64,000 nucleotides of DNA from the NCBI GenBank assembly GCA_020854825.1, contig JAHKLY010000001.1, positions 186,844 to 250,843 of the forward strand. Reading direction: 5' to 3'. This document shows positions 27,876-37,900 of the stretch, in pieces. The stretch comes from Candidatus Micrarchaeota archaeon. Its GTDB lineage: Archaea > Micrarchaeota > Micrarchaeia > Anstonellales > JAHKLY01. Below the pieces are notes generated by a model, which ran no database searches, was not told the origin of the DNA, and saw only the letters and a program-made list of their open reading frames with translations. The translations under genes and the position numbers were made by a program. Each line of letters opens with the position of its first letter. Position 1 is the first letter of the stretch.

Positions 27876-27927
27876 TTGTTCTTTTGAACGAACAAAAGTA
27901 GTTATTTTTGTTCTTTTGAACGAACAA
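27876..27927. repeat. 52-bp unit containing two 20-bp palindromic boxes (copy 2)
   Basis: Boxes at 27876-27895 and 27908-27927. Unit-to-unit spacing is 82 bp. Confidence 0.85.
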
Positions 27928-27956
27928 ATTTTCTATTAAACCAGTTTAAGTACAGA

Positions 27957-28309
27957 CTAAGATAATTTAATTGTTTTATCTATTTTCACTAAAATTGCGC
28001 CTTTAGAAGGAAGACTTTTATTCCCGGGCATATTTTTTACAAAATCTTTCCATTTTCCTTGCTCAAAATACTGCGCTTTACCAATTAATTTAATGCCTTC
28101 TTCTCCTTTTTAAACAGCTAGACAAACATTAGTATTTTCTTTTATGTTTTTTTTGTTTGTACCATAAAATTATCAGTTATTATTAATTCATTATCTGAAA
28201 TAACTCTAACTTCAGCTACTGCAATAACATTAGGATTTCCATGTTTATCTGCAGTTGCAAATGCTAATGGGTTTTTTTCAATCAATTTTTTTTGATCAGA
28301 GTTTATCAT
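27957..28309 (-). pseudogene. Disrupted pyridoxamine-5'-phosphate-oxidase-like (FMN-binding split-barrel) gene
   Basis: Frame 1 gives MINSDQKKLIEKNPLAFATADKHGNPNVIAVAEVRVISDNELIITDNFMVQTKKT*. After a frameshift in an A8 run (T8 at 28147-28154 on the + strand) the reading continues NIKENTNVCLAV*KGEEGIKLIGKAQYFEQGKWKDFVKNMPGNKSLPSKGAILVKIDKTIKLS*. That is one frameshift plus one in-frame TAA. Confidence 0.65.
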
Positions 28310-28314
28310 TTTTA

Positions 28315-29619
28315 TCACTCATAATAAACTATTCTTTTGCCAATTCCCCATTTTTTAATTGCAGCGCCTAATTCTTTGTGTTCTTTTGCATATTCTAAAA
28401 TATCTTGTTTTTTCATAAATGAATCTATTGCTTGGCGCATTGCTTTAGCGCCTGATCTAACTCCATTTGGGTGGCCTGCAACTCCTCCGCCTGCTTGTAA
28501 AAATAGGTCGGTTCCGCCCCTGTTTATTGTTTCAGGTATAACTCCTGGATATAATCCACCTGAAGAAACAGGCATTACATATTTAATGTTATGCCAATTT
28601 TGTTCTAAAACATGTTCTTTATCATTTTCATCTATTCTTTTTTTAACTAATGCGTCTCGTATGTTCAATTCTTCTTTATATTCACTTCTCATTTTTCCCA
28701 TCCCAAATGTTCCAATATGTAATGAATCAGAGCCGATTAATCTGGCTATTTTTGCAACAGCAAGCATTGTCATCCCATTTCTTGGATTATGTGTAAACAT
28801 CCCATGTCCTGCTCTATGTGCATGAACTATTAGATTAGGGTGATGATTTCTCAAAGTTTCAAATCCTGCCCATCCGCATGTTAAAATATCTATCATAGTT
28901 ATTCTTCCTCCATGATCATTTATAAATTGTGCCCTTCTTAGCATTTCATTAGATTCAGCAGACACATTGCAAACATATAATTTTTTCTCTCCTGTTTCAC
29001 TTTCTACTTTATCTCTCATTTCTAAAGTTCTTATTACTCTTTCTTCAAATTTATTAAATTTCATATCTGTTAAGTTTTCATCATCTTTTACTAAATCTAA
29101 TCCTCCACTCCATGCTTCATATGCATATTGTGCGTGTCCTTTAGCAGTTCTTCCAACTTTTGGTTTTACAATTGTACCACAAAAAGGTCTTTTTTTGATT
29201 TTAGCAATTTTTCTTATACCTTCAATTCCATGTTCTGGTCCTTTAAATGATTTTATGATATCTTTTGGAAATGAAATATCTAATAATCTTAAGTTTTTCA
29301 ATTCTTTCATTCCAAAAATATTTCCTGCTATTGCACTCATTATTTGTGACATATTTCCAGTTTCAAATAATCCAGAAGGATAAGCAATTTTTATTGTTTT
29401 ATCTTTTGTATTAATATAAAATATATGTGGAGTTATTTTTTTTCTTAATGCTGGTGAAATACCCCCAACATCTGTCCATGTTCCGATTGATGATTCAGCA
29501 GTTATGTGTTCTGCTGCTTCTTTCAAAGTTAATTGTTTTTTTAATTTCCCTGGCTCAACATAAAATTTGCATATTAAATCATTTTCTTTTGGTTTGTATT
29601 TTAAATTTGTAAAGCCCAT
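28315..29619 (-). CDS. rbcL: Ribulose-1,5-bisphosphate carboxylase, form III large subunit
   Basis: GTWTDV, CGTIVKPKVGRTAKGHAQYAYEAWSGGLDLVKDDENL (with the carbamylated-Lys KDDE motif), HAHRAGHG and SSGG. No small-subunit gene is nearby. ATG 29619 follows AGGTGA. Confidence 0.9.
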   Translation of the reverse strand: MGFTNLKYKPKENDLICKFYVEPGKLKKQLTLKEAAEHITAESSIGTWTDVGGISPALRKKITPHIFYINTKDKTIKIAYPSGLFETGNMSQIMSAIAGNIFGMKELKNLRLLDISFPKDIIKSFKGPEHGIEGIRKIAKIKKRPFCGTIVKPKVGRTAKGHAQYAYEAWSGGLDLVKDDENLTDMKFNKFEERVIRTLEMRDKVESETGEKKLYVCNVSAESNEMLRRAQFINDHGGRITMIDILTCGWAGFETLRNHHPNLIVHAHRAGHGMFTHNPRNGMTMLAVAKIARLIGSDSLHIGTFGMGKMRSEYKEELNIRDALVKKRIDENDKEHVLEQNWHNIKYVMPVSSGGLYPGVIPETINRGGTDLFLQAGGGVAGHPNGVRSGAKAMRQAIDSFMKKQDILEYAKEHKELGAAIKKWGIGKRIVYYE

Positions 29620-29711
29620 AAATATCACCTTAGTAATATATTTTATTAAGCTTTTTATTAGTTTGTGTTTGTTTTAAATAGAAATATAAATATATTACTT
29701 AAAATTAAATT

Positions 29712-31034
29712 GTGGAAATTACTTTTTATGGTGGAGCGCAGGAAGTTGGAAGAAGTTGTATTAATGTTCTTTCTAAAACAAAACAAATAATGCTTGACTG
29801 CGGCATAAAATTAGGGGATCCGATTGAATATCCAATAATTCCTAAAAAAGATTTTAAACGCATTAAATATATTGTTCCTACTCATACACATCTAGACCAT
29901 ATAGGATATTTACCTCACATTATACAAAGGTCAAAAAGTGCTAAGATTTATGCTACAAAACCAACAAGGGATCTAATGCAGTTATTATTATCTGATTATC
30001 AAAGACTACAAGAAAAAAAAGAGTTTTCAACAAAAGATGTTGAAAAAGTTTTAGAAAAAACACAACAAGTAGAATATAAAGAAAAAATAAAATCAAAAGG
30101 AATGTTTTCCTTCATTTTATATAATTCTGGACATATTTTGGGGGGAGCAATGGTTAAAGTAGAGGATAAATGTGATTTATTATATACTGGTGATTTAAAT
30201 TTAAGAGAAACAAAAATAACTGAAGGTGCTCAACTAGGAATTAAAGCAAAAAATTTAATTTTAGAATCAACTTATGGGGGAAAAACTGATAAATTACCTT
30301 CTTTAAAAATAGCATCTCAAAATTTAATTGAATCAATTAAAGAAACTTTAATTGCAGGAGGGTATGTTTTAATTCCAACATTTGCTGTTGGGAGAGGACA
30401 AAACATAATGATGGTTATTGAAAGTTATATGAGATCTGGAGCTTTACCTAAGGTGCCTATTTACACAGATGGCATGGTGAATAGGGCAAATAGGATTTAT
30501 AGGCATAATGTTATTTATGCAAAAGAAGAAATTAAAATGAGAATTTTAATGAGTGATGAAGATCCATTCAAAAGTCCTTTTTATAAAATACCACAAACAA
30601 GAGATAGAAGTGATGTTTTATCAGAACCTTGTATTATTTTATCAACATCTGGTATGCTAACTGGTGGCCCAGTTTTAACTTATTTACAAAAATTAATTGA
30701 AGATCCTAAAAATAAATTGATTATTGTTGGTTATCAAGTAGACGGTTCATTAGGTAGAAAATTGATAGATGGGGAAAAATATGTTGAGTTAGGACATGGA
30801 GAAGATAAAAAAGAATATGAAGTTAGAATGAAAGTTGAAACTGTTCCATTTTCAGGACATTCTGATCATGATGAATTAGTTAAATTCACTAAATCTATTA
30901 AAGGATTAAAAAAAGTATTTTTAATGCATGGTGAACCAAGAAAAATTGATGAGTTAGCGCAGGATATTCAAAAACATCTTAAACAAGTTGAAATAATAAT
31001 TCCAAAAAATGAAGAATCATTTAAAATTGATTAA
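29712..31034 (+). CDS. Beta-CASP family metallo-beta-lactamase RNase (aCPSF2/RNase J-like, no KH domains)
   Basis: GGAQEVGRSC and HTHLDHIGYLP (the HxHxDH motif). Later beta-CASP motifs include SGHSDHDEL and LMHGEP. Confidence 0.8.
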   Translation: MEITFYGGAQEVGRSCINVLSKTKQIMLDCGIKLGDPIEYPIIPKKDFKRIKYIVPTHTHLDHIGYLPHIIQRSKSAKIYATKPTRDLMQLLLSDYQRLQEKKEFSTKDVEKVLEKTQQVEYKEKIKSKGMFSFILYNSGHILGGAMVKVEDKCDLLYTGDLNLRETKITEGAQLGIKAKNLILESTYGGKTDKLPSLKIASQNLIESIKETLIAGGYVLIPTFAVGRGQNIMMVIESYMRSGALPKVPIYTDGMVNRANRIYRHNVIYAKEEIKMRILMSDEDPFKSPFYKIPQTRDRSDVLSEPCIILSTSGMLTGGPVLTYLQKLIEDPKNKLIIVGYQVDGSLGRKLIDGEKYVELGHGEDKKEYEVRMKVETVPFSGHSDHDELVKFTKSIKGLKKVFLMHGEPRKIDELAQDIQKHLKQVEIIIPKNEESFKID

Positions 31035-32430
31035 ATAAGATATCACAAAAGATCCATTCAGCACTTAATCCTAAACTTGAATTTCCTTCTCCTGCTGAAC
31101 CTAATATTCCAAATTTTAAATGTTCATTTCCAGCAGAAATTGATCCAAAGTATCTATTGTCTCTTGTTTGTAAAACTAAATCTACCTCAAATTTATCTTT
31201 ATTTCCAATAGTTAAATCAGTTCTAATAACAGGACTTAAAACATAATATGTATATTTGGGATTTTTTTCTATTTTTCCATTTGCTCCGATTTGGATTGTT
31301 AATATTTCTGGAAATTGTAAAAATACTGTTGCCCCTCCATGGATTTCTTCCCAGTTTGTAATAGTTATGAATTTGCTATCTGCATACATAGTTCCTAATC
31401 CCAGAAAGTATTTTCCATTTCCAAAATTGGCATTTTGAAAAACTAATTTAAAACCTAATTCTCCTCTTGATCTTGGTTTTATTTTTATTTTTTCAGTATC
31501 TTCTTTATAGTTTATTGTTTCGTCTCTATCTCTGTATTTTAAATTTTGATCTAATCCTGCAATAGCTGTAAAATATGTTTGCAAAGGAGTTATTTCAAAT
31601 TGAAATTCACCTCTTAAATTTGTACATATAGTTGTTCCTATAAATTCATTTATAATATCTTTAAATATTATATTTTCAGAAATTGGTTTGTAAATTGTTA
31701 TTCCTGCATCTAAAGTTGCTTTTTCAAAAACTATTCCTTTATATTTTGGTTTTGAACCATCTGGACATAATGCTTCTGGATTTATTGTTCCTCTTAGAAA
31801 ATATGAATTTGTTGGTTGCATAATAATGTCTGATTTTTCCTCGTTTATTGTTATAATTAAAGAAGAAACTAAAGGTTCTATCCCAAGATTATGGATTCTT
31901 TCACCAGTAACTGGATCTCTTCCAAATATTTCTAAAAATGCTTGTCTCATGTTTATTTCATTATTACTTAATTTATTTATTATTTGGTTAGCTTGATTAA
32001 CATAGATATTATCTATTCTAGATAATAAAGGAATAATTCCTTTTTGTATTTCTAATATAAAATTATTTTTGATATTTAAATTATTTGCAAAAAAAACATA
32101 ATTGGCTGAATAACTTGCCATATTTTTTGAAGAATTTAGCAAATTATCTATTAAGGGCCCTACAAAACTATTCAAATCAGAACCAACCCCAACAAATTCA
32201 ATACCTTCTGTTAATTCTAATATGTTTTCTTTATTTTGTCCTCTGTCATTCAATTCAATATCTAATTTTTTAATATCTACTTGAGAACTTGAAGTATTTG
32301 AATAATACGAATTATTTATATATTGTGCATTAGTAGTTTTGGGCATTATTCCTTTTAATAATGCAAAACCCATTCCAGTATACAACATAATGTTTCCAAT
32401 AATCTTTATAGTTTTATTTTTAAGTTTCAT
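31021..32430 (-). CDS. Secreted hypothetical protein (469 aa) consisting essentially of the FGRDP/beta-rich module
   Basis: Signal-like N-terminus (IIGNIMLYTGMGFALLKGIMPKTTNAQ). FLEIFGRDPVTGERIH lies at aa 165-180. The C-terminal roughly 250 aa have amphipathic beta-strand periodicity and end ...WIFCDILFNQF. Confidence 0.75.
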   Translation of the reverse strand: MKLKNKTIKIIGNIMLYTGMGFALLKGIMPKTTNAQYINNSYYSNTSSSQVDIKKLDIELNDRGQNKENILELTEGIEFVGVGSDLNSFVGPLIDNLLNSSKNMASYSANYVFFANNLNIKNNFILEIQKGIIPLLSRIDNIYVNQANQIINKLSNNEINMRQAFLEIFGRDPVTGERIHNLGIEPLVSSLIITINEEKSDIIMQPTNSYFLRGTINPEALCPDGSKPKYKGIVFEKATLDAGITIYKPISENIIFKDIINEFIGTTICTNLRGEFQFEITPLQTYFTAIAGLDQNLKYRDRDETINYKEDTEKIKIKPRSRGELGFKLVFQNANFGNGKYFLGLGTMYADSKFITITNWEEIHGGATVFLQFPEILTIQIGANGKIEKNPKYTYYVLSPVIRTDLTIGNKDKFEVDLVLQTRDNRYFGSISAGNEHLKFGILGSAGEGNSSLGLSAEWIFCDILFNQF

Positions 32431-32500
32431 GTATTATTTAGTGTCTTTTTGAGTATATAAATGTTTTGATAAAATTAAAAAAGGAAAAAACAGTTTAATT

Positions 32501-34978
32501 TTACAAATAATCTGGGCAATACCATACGAACCCACAGGTTACTGTACATTCGGCTTCTTCATACATAGGAATTCCTGTTGGATCAGTCCAATTAGCAAAT
32601 ATGGTGTAAGTACTTCGGTATGAATCTGCACCACAGTTCCATTTTATTCGTTTAATATAATTAGGAGGAATTCTTGTTGATTCACTAATAGGGAAATAAT
32701 TAGGAATTACACTCCCCTCCCAATTTACTCCACCTACATTTATAATTATCTCATCACCATTATATAAAACTCCCCATTCTCCCTCTGCACTTCCTCCTTC
32801 TTCAATTTCTAAATCTGTGCAAAAGACATCTATGTCTACGGGTTCTGGAGGGACACATTCTAATAGTATATTTACACAATTATCATCTTCTCTTGATTCC
32901 ATTACATTAAATCTTGAGTCAGCACAGATAGTAAGAATATGGTCTTCTTCTTCCTCTATTAAATATGAATATTCATGTGTTACACTTGAAAAAGGAGCAG
33001 TTAATGCAGTTGCAAAATCTATACATGTTCCCCAAGTATCTCCAAAAGGTCTTCCTGTATTCGGGGCTCTATGTGGTGCATGTAAAGGTAGATTTGGATT
33101 ATTAGTATTAGGTAATGGAGGAACTGAATAATCTGTATTATCTAATTCATACCCATCTACTCTTCTTAATACAACATTTGTCCAGCTTGAATTTTCAGAA
33201 CAAATTCCATTTGAATAAGTGCTAATGTTAATCGTCTGTGTTTCATTTACAATACAAGGACCCCTAAATAAAATTAATGGCCCCACATGTATTTCTTCTA
33301 CGTCAGCCCTAACTCGTAAGTTAGTTTGAGACTCACAAACAATAGTTAAATTTCCACAATTATTATTTTCGTTTATTTCCTTTACTTTATTGTAAACATC
33401 AGCACACACAGTAAAGGTAATATTCATATTAACTCCTACTGGACAAGTAAATTCATTAGTATTAATTTGACTTTGTCTGGGATTTAAATTAGGAACTTCA
33501 TAATAAGCAGGCATAAAATAATGAGGTACATCTGATCTTAATATAGTGGTGGATGTATTTTCAGTGTTTAATGAACCAATATTTGAAGTATTTATGTTAA
33601 TTAAAACAAGGTCTCTTTCTCTTGCATATATAATCCCATTGCCTAAAGGACTCGTTAAACTTGCAATTAAATCAGGTCCTTGAATAATAGGAACTTCAAC
33701 TTCCCATTCATTTATCGGGTCATTACAATAAGGGGAAGTAGTATCAAAATATAATATGAAATTTATTTCGTCTCCAGGAGTATATGTTAAAGAAGCTTCT
33801 AATGTTCCTTCAACTATAAATAAAAATTCACCTGGTCCTGAACCTGGAGGAGTAATTTCTATATTATAAGGAGTATCTGGAGTAAAAATAAAGTCATGAT
33901 TATTTGGTATTATGTTTGTAATATTAAATGGCATAGTAGTTCTATTTAAGAATAAATGAATTATTACATTTTGTGTTTCTCCTGGATTTATGACAATTGG
34001 AGAGCTTCCACTTCCATCAGTCACATACACATTATTAATTTCAATTTGTGGATCTGCAACTATAAATTGATAATTTAATGTTTCACTAGGATTAAACCTG
34101 AACAAATTATCTATACAATTTGTTGATCCTTGACTAGGAAGACAATACTTTGTTATAACTGAGTATCTACTATTTGTACATAATTGTCCATCTGCATATC
34201 TTTTAGAAAAATATAAACATTTAACTTCATCAAGATTAATATCAATAACATGTGTACCAATTTCAGAAACTGTAAATGAATTTGAGTAATCTTCTATTGG
34301 GCCATTATAAAACAAAGCCCCATCAATATAAACTTTAAGATTTCCTTGGCAAATTAAACTTACATTTACGCCAGAATTAGGATAATTTATTGTTTCATCT
34401 TGTTTTGGATAAAATCTTACATTTGTTAATTGATTTAAAAAATCATTAAAAGAATTATAATAACAGCCGCTTGAAGTGGGATATACATCTGCAAAACATC
34501 CTTCACTAGTAGAATAATATCTGTTAATTCCTTCTTGATCAAAAACAATTTTTAAATTATTTGTGGTTCCTGGGGGAGCACAACAGCTACCTGGGGCAGA
34601 AGGATTACAACCCATTCCTTGTATTCCATTTAAATCTATATGTGCAGACATTCCTAAATACATTTGATTTGTTTGGATATTTTCATTTAGATTAACATCT
34701 ATATTAACTTCACCCGCACATATAACTGCATTAATAGGTAAATCACTAGGTTCATCACCAGAAAGAACAGTAGAACTAGTAGATATTATTTCGCTCATAT
34801 ATACTTGAAAAGGATTTGTTTGAATATATGTGTGAGGTCCTGATACTGGAGGAGGGCCCGGGTTTCTAATTTGATATAATTTTATTTGAGGAAAATTAAA
34901 ATTTTCAGATTCAACCGCAAAAATATTGCTAATTAAAACTAATGTTAAAATTATCACAACTGTTTTATTTACTTTCAT
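32501..34978 (-). CDS. Secreted cysteine-rich protein (825 aa) with CARDB-like repeats
   Basis: Signal peptide is MKVNKTVVIILTLVLISNIFAVES. There are many Cys residues. Repeat endings VKEINENNNCGNLTIVCE and ESREDDNCVNILLECVP look like the E.NE.NN ends of CARDB/Ig-like adhesion domains. Confidence 0.7.
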   Translation of the reverse strand: MKVNKTVVIILTLVLISNIFAVESENFNFPQIKLYQIRNPGPPPVSGPHTYIQTNPFQVYMSEIISTSSTVLSGDEPSDLPINAVICAGEVNIDVNLNENIQTNQMYLGMSAHIDLNGIQGMGCNPSAPGSCCAPPGTTNNLKIVFDQEGINRYYSTSEGCFADVYPTSSGCYYNSFNDFLNQLTNVRFYPKQDETINYPNSGVNVSLICQGNLKVYIDGALFYNGPIEDYSNSFTVSEIGTHVIDINLDEVKCLYFSKRYADGQLCTNSRYSVITKYCLPSQGSTNCIDNLFRFNPSETLNYQFIVADPQIEINNVYVTDGSGSSPIVINPGETQNVIIHLFLNRTTMPFNITNIIPNNHDFIFTPDTPYNIEITPPGSGPGEFLFIVEGTLEASLTYTPGDEINFILYFDTTSPYCNDPINEWEVEVPIIQGPDLIASLTSPLGNGIIYARERDLVLININTSNIGSLNTENTSTTILRSDVPHYFMPAYYEVPNLNPRQSQINTNEFTCPVGVNMNITFTVCADVYNKVKEINENNNCGNLTIVCESQTNLRVRADVEEIHVGPLILFRGPCIVNETQTINISTYSNGICSENSSWTNVVLRRVDGYELDNTDYSVPPLPNTNNPNLPLHAPHRAPNTGRPFGDTWGTCIDFATALTAPFSSVTHEYSYLIEEEEDHILTICADSRFNVMESREDDNCVNILLECVPPEPVDIDVFCTDLEIEEGGSAEGEWGVLYNGDEIIINVGGVNWEGSVIPNYFPISESTRIPPNYIKRIKWNCGADSYRSTYTIFANWTDPTGIPMYEEAECTVTCGFVWYCPDYL

Positions 34979-34984
34979 ATATAT

Positions 34985-37900
34985 CTACCTCAATATTTCT
35001 ATTCCTATTCCCCATTGGTTTATTGGGTCTTCTTCTTTTATTATGGAATTTTTAAATTCTCCTCTTAATCTAATTTCGAAGGATTCTCTTCCTATATTTA
35101 TTTTTCTTGTTATACTTACTCCTAATGTGCCAGTTGCACCCAATCCCAGTATATGTCTTTGATTAATCTCTTCTCTATTATAAACAGCTAATGCACTTGC
35201 ATCTGCCCCAATTCCCCAGTTTTTACCTATTGGAACATCAATATTTAAATTCATATTTGGAGACATAGTTAAATATCCACCACCTGCAAGTACTCCTTCA
35301 GGAGTTGTATATTCTAAATGTGTTCCTATGCCAATTTTAATATTATTATTATTTTTTATTGGATTAATTAAAATCATTCCCCCTCCATATAATCTTTCAA
35401 TATTTTTTTCATCGTAGAATTTTACTCCTCCATATATTGCAGTTTTATCTAAAAGTTTTCCAAAAATGGATTCAGATTTAGTTAAGGGTTGGACAACAGC
35501 ACCTATTCCATATCTTATTTTTTTTTCTATTTCTTTTTCATTATTTAATATAGATTCTAAATCTAGATCTGATAATATTTCTTCTCTTAGTGCTTTTAAT
35601 GTAAGTATAGTCTTTAAAGGAACTATATGAAATCCCATTTCTGCTATTGCTCTTGTAGTTAATGCTTTTTCTGAAAAATTAGTTATTTCTTTTATATCAT
35701 CTCTAGTCACAATAATTTCTCCACTTTCTCCGAGTATTTCTGCTGCATATTCAGTAGTTTCAAAACCCGCTTTAAAACTATAAAAATTTATTCCGTTTTC
35801 AGAATATAGTGATTTTATAGTTTTTGTAGAAAACATTGCACCATATGTGTATGACGGGACCACACGAATATTAACTCTAGATCTAGCTTTTCCAACCATT
35901 GCACCAGAAATAATTTCAAATCTTCCTTCACTTACTGGATCTCCGGAGATTGGGTCTCTACCAAATAATAGTTTATATGCTTCATCAATTGTAATTCTGT
36001 TTGCAGTTAAATCAGTAAGTACTTCATCTAACATACCTTCATAATCTGTGTAAGGGTCTGATCTATCTATATCCTTAATCAAAGGTCGTAGATACTCTTC
36101 TATATTCGCAATAAAATTAGTTTTTAAATTATTGTAGGCAATTGTTCCTCCGAATTGATCATATGTAGATAAGTTAGCAACAATTGTAATGTTTTCTAAT
36201 CCTTCTTTTAAATAATTCGCAGTTTCTTGATAAGAATTTAGATCAGCTCCCGTTTCTAATTGAGGAACAGTAAAAGCAACTAAAACGTTTTGTATCTCTG
36301 AAGGCATGTTAACTTCCGGCATTTCTGTTATTTTTTCTCTTGAACCTATTATTATTTTTCCAACTAATGTAGGATTATCTGCAGGTTCCATTAATCTGAT
36401 ATACTCATGTTCAAATGGAAGTGCATATATTTTATATTCAGTTGATGATCCTTCTTCAGGAACTTCTCCTATATTTCTTGCATCTAATGTGTAATCAATT
36501 TTTCCATCTTCTCCTGCTTTTGTTATTTCACAAGAAACTATTTTCCCTTCAGAATTTACTACATAAAGATAAATCCATGAATTTTTTGCTTCTTCGTCTT
36601 TAATTTTATTTTCATTTAATTTATTATTTTTATCTGTACTAAAAAATGTTCCTCCATAAAATATTTGAGTATTAAATTGTAGATTAAATGAATTATCTGT
36701 CAAATCATCTATAATTAATGTTTGTCGCCCATCTCTTGTTTGTCTTCTTTGGAATAATAATTGAACTGTTACTAAATTTTCTTCTTTTAAAGTTGTTAAA
36801 TCTCCAGTTATAACTCCTTCACGTTTGTCTAATATAACATTTGATTTACCAACAGATAATTGTAGTTTTGTAACTCCTTGTGTTAATTTATCAAAATCAA
36901 ATTCAGGGACATAAAACCCATTTGCCCCAAGAGATTCTAAAGAGTTCTTTAATTTTTGTCCTTCTGGTTTTGTCCAAAAATCCCATTCTTTCCAAGTGCA
37001 GATTAAGGAGTAATTTAATCCTAATCTTCCGCCCGCAGCAGTATACATTAAGAAGAACATTCTCTCATCTTTCATATTTTCAAGTGAATTCCTAATATCT
37101 CTTTTTGTTATATTTGGATTTAATTGTTTATTTATGTCTTCAGAAGATCTGACTATATATATCCAAGCTAAATCTGTCATTTTATCTAATATTTCTCTTG
37201 ATTCTTCTTTTCCTTCTAAAACAAGATTCCTCATTTTTTCCATTGTCCATCCTTTTGAATCAGCAAATTTTTCTAGTTCTCCAAGAAGTTTTTCTGCATT
37301 TATATATGCATTAATGTGGTTTTTGATAGGGTATTTTATAAAATCTCCCATTTTTCCTTCTTTTGTCATTATTTCATTAAATTCAGTGGAGCTTATTTTG
37401 TGGTCTCCATATCTATTACTAACACCATAGGTTAAACCACACAATATGAATGCCAATTTATACTGTTCTTGTAGATAATTAGGTATTGAAGAATAAGAAA
37501 CTATATTTGGATTATTATAATAAGATTGGATAGCAGTTTTTAGATTATTATCCATGAAACTCAATTTATAAATATCTTGTAATGTTAAGTTTTCTTTATT
37601 TGCTAGTACATACAATTCTTGTAATCTTGAATTTGATTCACCAAATGTATTTTTTAATTCCAATGCAATTAAAATATTTGGAAGATTGATAAAACCTTTG
37701 GTAACTATATCTATCATTTCAGTTGTGGGGTTTCTCCAATCTACATCTGTTGTTATTCTTAAATCTTCTAAAGATTCGACGATTAATGGATGTAACGTAT
37801 TCATACCTATCATCCATCGTCTAAAATTACTATCCTTTGTAAATTGGTTAAAAAATAAATCTTTATTTTCATTGTTTATTCTTAAGTCTAAAGTTAATTC

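Noticed and set aside
27794-27927. Possible mini-CRISPR array
   Set aside because: There are only two 52-bp units, each itself an internal duplication. The separators are 12 and 30 bp, not spacer-sized unique sequence. No cas genes are present, and the position directly upstream of a gene fits an operator array better.
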